Below are positions 8,201 through 10,605 of a stretch of DNA of 10,605 nt, one piece after another. The stretch's first letter is position 1, and each line of letters opens with the position of its first letter. Under the pieces are notes generated by a model. That model was given only the letters and a program-made list of their open reading frames with translations. It did not search any database and was not told the DNA's origin. This stretch comes from Vitrella brassicaformis CCMP3155 (Eukaryota; Protista; Chromerida), in contig CDMY01000916.1 in the NCBI GenBank assembly GCA_001179505.1, forward strand, positions 1 to 10,605, in the 5' to 3' direction. The position numbers and the translations under genes were made by a program.

Positions 8201-8433
8201 GCCGTCTGTCCATGTCATGGCCTTCCCACCCATGTCAGTTCAAGATCCGCATGGGCGACGGGCAGCGACTGCTCTTTCCTTCCGGATACGGCCTGTCGTA
8301 CAAGACCAAACAACCCGAGAAAGACCTGCCACCTCTTGACGTTGTAGAGCGCAATACGTGCCATAATCCATGCAATGATCTAGACGGGGACGAGAACTGG
8401 GAGTCGCCCGACTGCAACTTGGGGCGATCCTGA
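5214..8433 (+). CDS. Glycoside hydrolase family 3 beta-glucosidase / exo-beta-glucanase with N-terminal PAN/Apple domain; multi-exon, frame-disrupted as written (possible pseudogene)
   Basis: Ordered GH3 motifs: IDGLLAKM..EKVSQM, RLGIP..VDAVH, ATMFPHNIGLG, ELRAVG..WNLAP....DYRWGRTYE, KHFLGDGG (6650), MPSFNEING, GFDGVVMSDW (nucleophile-type Asp at 7036-7038), INTG|IDM, RIDDAARRVLRLK, EH..VAREAVQESAVLLK|NN..VLPL, CGGWTMGWQG, EDPYAE..GD, RPLYV, AWLP, LFG..DFTGRLSMSWP, LFPSGYGL. GT-AG introns at 5582-5646, 5857-5905, 6321-6382, 6672-6727, 7105-7163, 7436-7501, 7619-7678 and 7913-7991 restore the motifs. The start MITLLLFCVLV is hydrophobic; the 5' exon structure is uncertain. Confidence 0.88.
5647..5912 (+). 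other. PAN/Apple domain-coding segment of the GH3 gene
   Basis: Spliced sequence C-IARGCHYYATRIDVI..CQALCQQYEACIVFSYDYSTQLCTLH..CGPR|SC shows the CxxxC-x4-C-xxFxY-x5-CxL...GPxxC pattern of PAN/Apple domains. Confidence 0.8.
6849..6924. repeat. Perfect 38-bp tandem duplication spanning a 3' splice site
   Basis: agcatgtgtgcctgccttctcgcctgacagaggtgatg at 6849-6886 and 6887-6924. Confidence 0.95.
7816..7837. repeat. 11-bp imperfect tandem duplication inside a GH3 exon (frameshifting)
   Basis: attattaatgt / attattcatgt. Removing one copy gives GYDVII(N/H)VIAEDPYAE. Confidence 0.8.
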
Positions 8434-8577
8434 AATGCGTAGATGTAGGAGTTGTCCTGTATTTGTTGGTTAAGGAATATTTTGCATAGCCAGTGGAGAA
8501 GACGCAGAAACGAGGAAGGGAACTTTAGGGTTTAGCAGTGGGGTTCGTGCAGAAGCACCACGAAAGGCCAAGGCCCC

Positions 8578-9417
8578 ATGACTGATGGTAAATGGCCGCG
8601 GTCATTAATGCCTCGCCTCCGCTTGAATTCGCAGACGTTCATTGATTCGAACAGAAAAGTCAACAATGTCGAATTTGACGATTGTCAGGCACGATCGTGT
8701 AAAAGAGCATGCATGCTACGCACCGCCGGCAAAAACAGGAAAAAAGAAACAAAAAAGGTACACACAAGAAGGGGATATCAATGCATACGCTTGTATGCTT
8801 GGCCAGCCGGCCGCCACACCCCCCTCTGGTTGTCGGGGGGTGTGGGGCCGGCTGGATGCTATGCAGCTGCCTCTTGGGCTGGATGCTATGCAGCTGCCTC
8901 TTGTGGCATACAAGAGCCCATCACCGATAGCAGTGATCCATGACAGTGGTTGCAGAATACACTGACTGAACAGACGAAAGACGCAGGCAAAGACACACCG
9001 ATTCGTGAAGCCACTCATTTTGTGCTGGTGCGCTCAAAGCATACGACCTACATCGTGGAGCGAAGACTAATAGCGAGTGCACCTGGGTGTTGTTGGAATA
9101 CGATGGCCTGTAATGAGCCGCACACGATAGAAGGCCTTTAATGTCACAGGTTGCCGTCAAGGAGAAGATCCTTCTCGCAGACGAACCGGCCTACGAATCG
9201 AACTCTGCCCGAATGTGTTGAACGGGCGCTTGCCGCAGTCGACGAAACAGTGGGAGAACACCGAGGTTGAGTGATTATGGCTGCCTGGCGAAGGGTTCAT
9301 CGTAATTCAGGTCAAGTTCACAAGATAGAGTAGCTGCACTCCGTTCTGGACGAGCTGCGGCGACATCTCTCGGGCACCGCCGAGGAATACACTGAGTACA
9401 CCACCAAGCAGGACTAA
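8578..9417 (+). CDS. Tentative 4-exon hypothetical protein
   Basis: Phase-compatible exons 8578-8757 (donor gtacac), 8956-9086, 9150-9249 and 9334-9417 read ...KKETKK|NTLTEQ...IREATHFVLVRSKHTTYIVERRLIASAPG|LPSRRR...CVERALAAVDET|LHSVLDELRRHLSGTAEEYTEYTTKQD*. No homology recognised, and a competing minus-strand parse exists. Confidence 0.3.
8850..8903. repeat. Perfect 27-bp tandem duplication
   Basis: ggctggatgctatgcagctgcctcttg at 8850-8876 and 8877-8903. Confidence 0.95.
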
Positions 9418-9977
9418 CACGGAACATGAACAAATTCATCGCTGCTAGCGTTGTCTTTGTGCCTGCCTTGTCATGTGCGCATACCTGAGGATGTCTGCTG
9501 GGCATGGATGCTTGCATCTCTATGTCTGACCAGGATATACACGCAAACATGACCAGGATATGACGCTGTCCTCTCTTTCACGCGTACCTGAGATGTCGGC
9601 TGGCCTTCAATACATTCACTCACATGACCGTGCCTGACAAGAGCGAAGAAGGCATGTCCTTCCTCCCTCCTGTCTTCGTGAAACACCAAGTGCCCTGAGT
9701 CTTCTTCATGTGGCGCCTGTGTGAATCTGCCTTACCTATGCATCTACAACACACACATATACAGGCAGTGCCCTGTTCACGTGCCCGTGCCTGTGTGCTC
9801 ATGAACAGATGACGACGGCGTCGCTGACGACCTTAAAGACGGATTTCGCTGACAAATGCCTGTCAAAGTGTCGCTCTCGTGCGAGCTTTTGACCCCAAAG
9901 AGCCAGGGTTTCTCTACTAAGTCATTCCCCACCAAGTTTTTCCGGGTACAAGTTGTATCATTCACTAGCCTGTCGAT

Positions 9978-10009
9978 GTAGTGGAGAGACGACGTAGTGG
10001 AGAGACGAC
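9978..10009. repeat. Perfect 16-bp tandem duplication
   Basis: gtagtggagagacgac at 9978-9993 and 9994-10009. Confidence 0.9.
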
Positions 10010-10143
10010 ACAAGAGCAGAGAGACCAACGGTATGATGGAATGCAGTGGAAAGACGCCAGGTCACTATGGAGAGGGCGGGAGATGCTACAGGGTGGCATG
10101 AAATGACACATGGACAGTGAACGCACGAGAAGAAACATGACAC

Positions 10144-10258
10144 TGAAGGACATTTCGCCTCGTTGCTGATGATATACCGCTGCGCTGATGAAGGGAGGGA
10201 GATGCCAGCATCTCTCCCATGTTGCAACATAGGGTAGCCGTTGACGTGAAACCTAAAT
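10144..10258 (-). CDS. Possible internal exon of a minus-strand gene entering from the right edge
   Basis: Acceptor ttttgtgcag is followed by FRFHVNGYPMLQHGRDAGISLPSSAQRYIISNEAKCPS; the donor (gtgtca) is weak. Function unknown. Confidence 0.2.
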
Positions 10259-10605
10259 CTGCACAAAATGGGGGGTAGTTGCCCCCAGATGGCAAGGGAG
10301 TCAAGGAAGCAAGAAAACAGGAGGAAGATCGAGGAAGAATCGTGAGAATCGTGAGGAAAGAAGAAGGGAAACTGTCATTAACCGTAACACTCGTCTGTGT
10401 GTCCGTGATACTCATACAAATACAGTCCCATCAGCACGCAGACTCAAACAGGCTCAAGGGGAGGAGGGATCAATCCCCGCCCCATCAGCACACCCCAGTC
10501 CCGCAAACCCTCCCCTCCCTCCCCCACGCAGACAGAAGCTAGTCGCACGCGCGAGGGCGATAGACAAGCGAGAGCGAATCCATCCAGACACATGACTGAA
10601 CCCCC

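Noticed and set aside
8921-9190. Minus-strand spliced model (..TATCDIKGLL..NNTQ|SVYSATTVMDHCYR*)
   Set aside because: It conflicts with the plus-strand 4-exon model, has no recognisable domain, and cannot be resolved without transcripts.
9420-10605. Short ORFs on both strands near the right edge
   Set aside because: No consistent exon chain or motif was found; composition resembles intron or intergenic DNA apart from one tentative exon.

Overview
Eukaryotic, intron-rich nuclear DNA with short GT/GC-AG introns (mostly 45-90 nt), a (TG)14 microsatellite and no prokaryotic features. The style and the PAN/Apple domain suggest an alveolate, possibly a chromerid such as Vitrella; this taxonomy is inference only. 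Two genes are well supported by manual splicing. (1) A minus-strand 8-exon gene (3026->1941) for a secreted protein with about 11-12 RTX/hemolysin-type Ca-binding nonapeptide repeats. (2) A plus-strand gene (~5214-8433) for a secreted GH3 beta-glucosidase with an N-terminal PAN/Apple domain, whose frame as written is broken by several 1-nt deletions and an 11-bp duplication (pseudogene or assembly error). Between them is a ~400-bp near-perfect foldback (165-bp paired arms built from a 20-bp minisatellite). The window also has many two-copy tandem duplications and three or four low-confidence multi-exon hypothetical genes. All exon models are hand-built and need RNA-seq.
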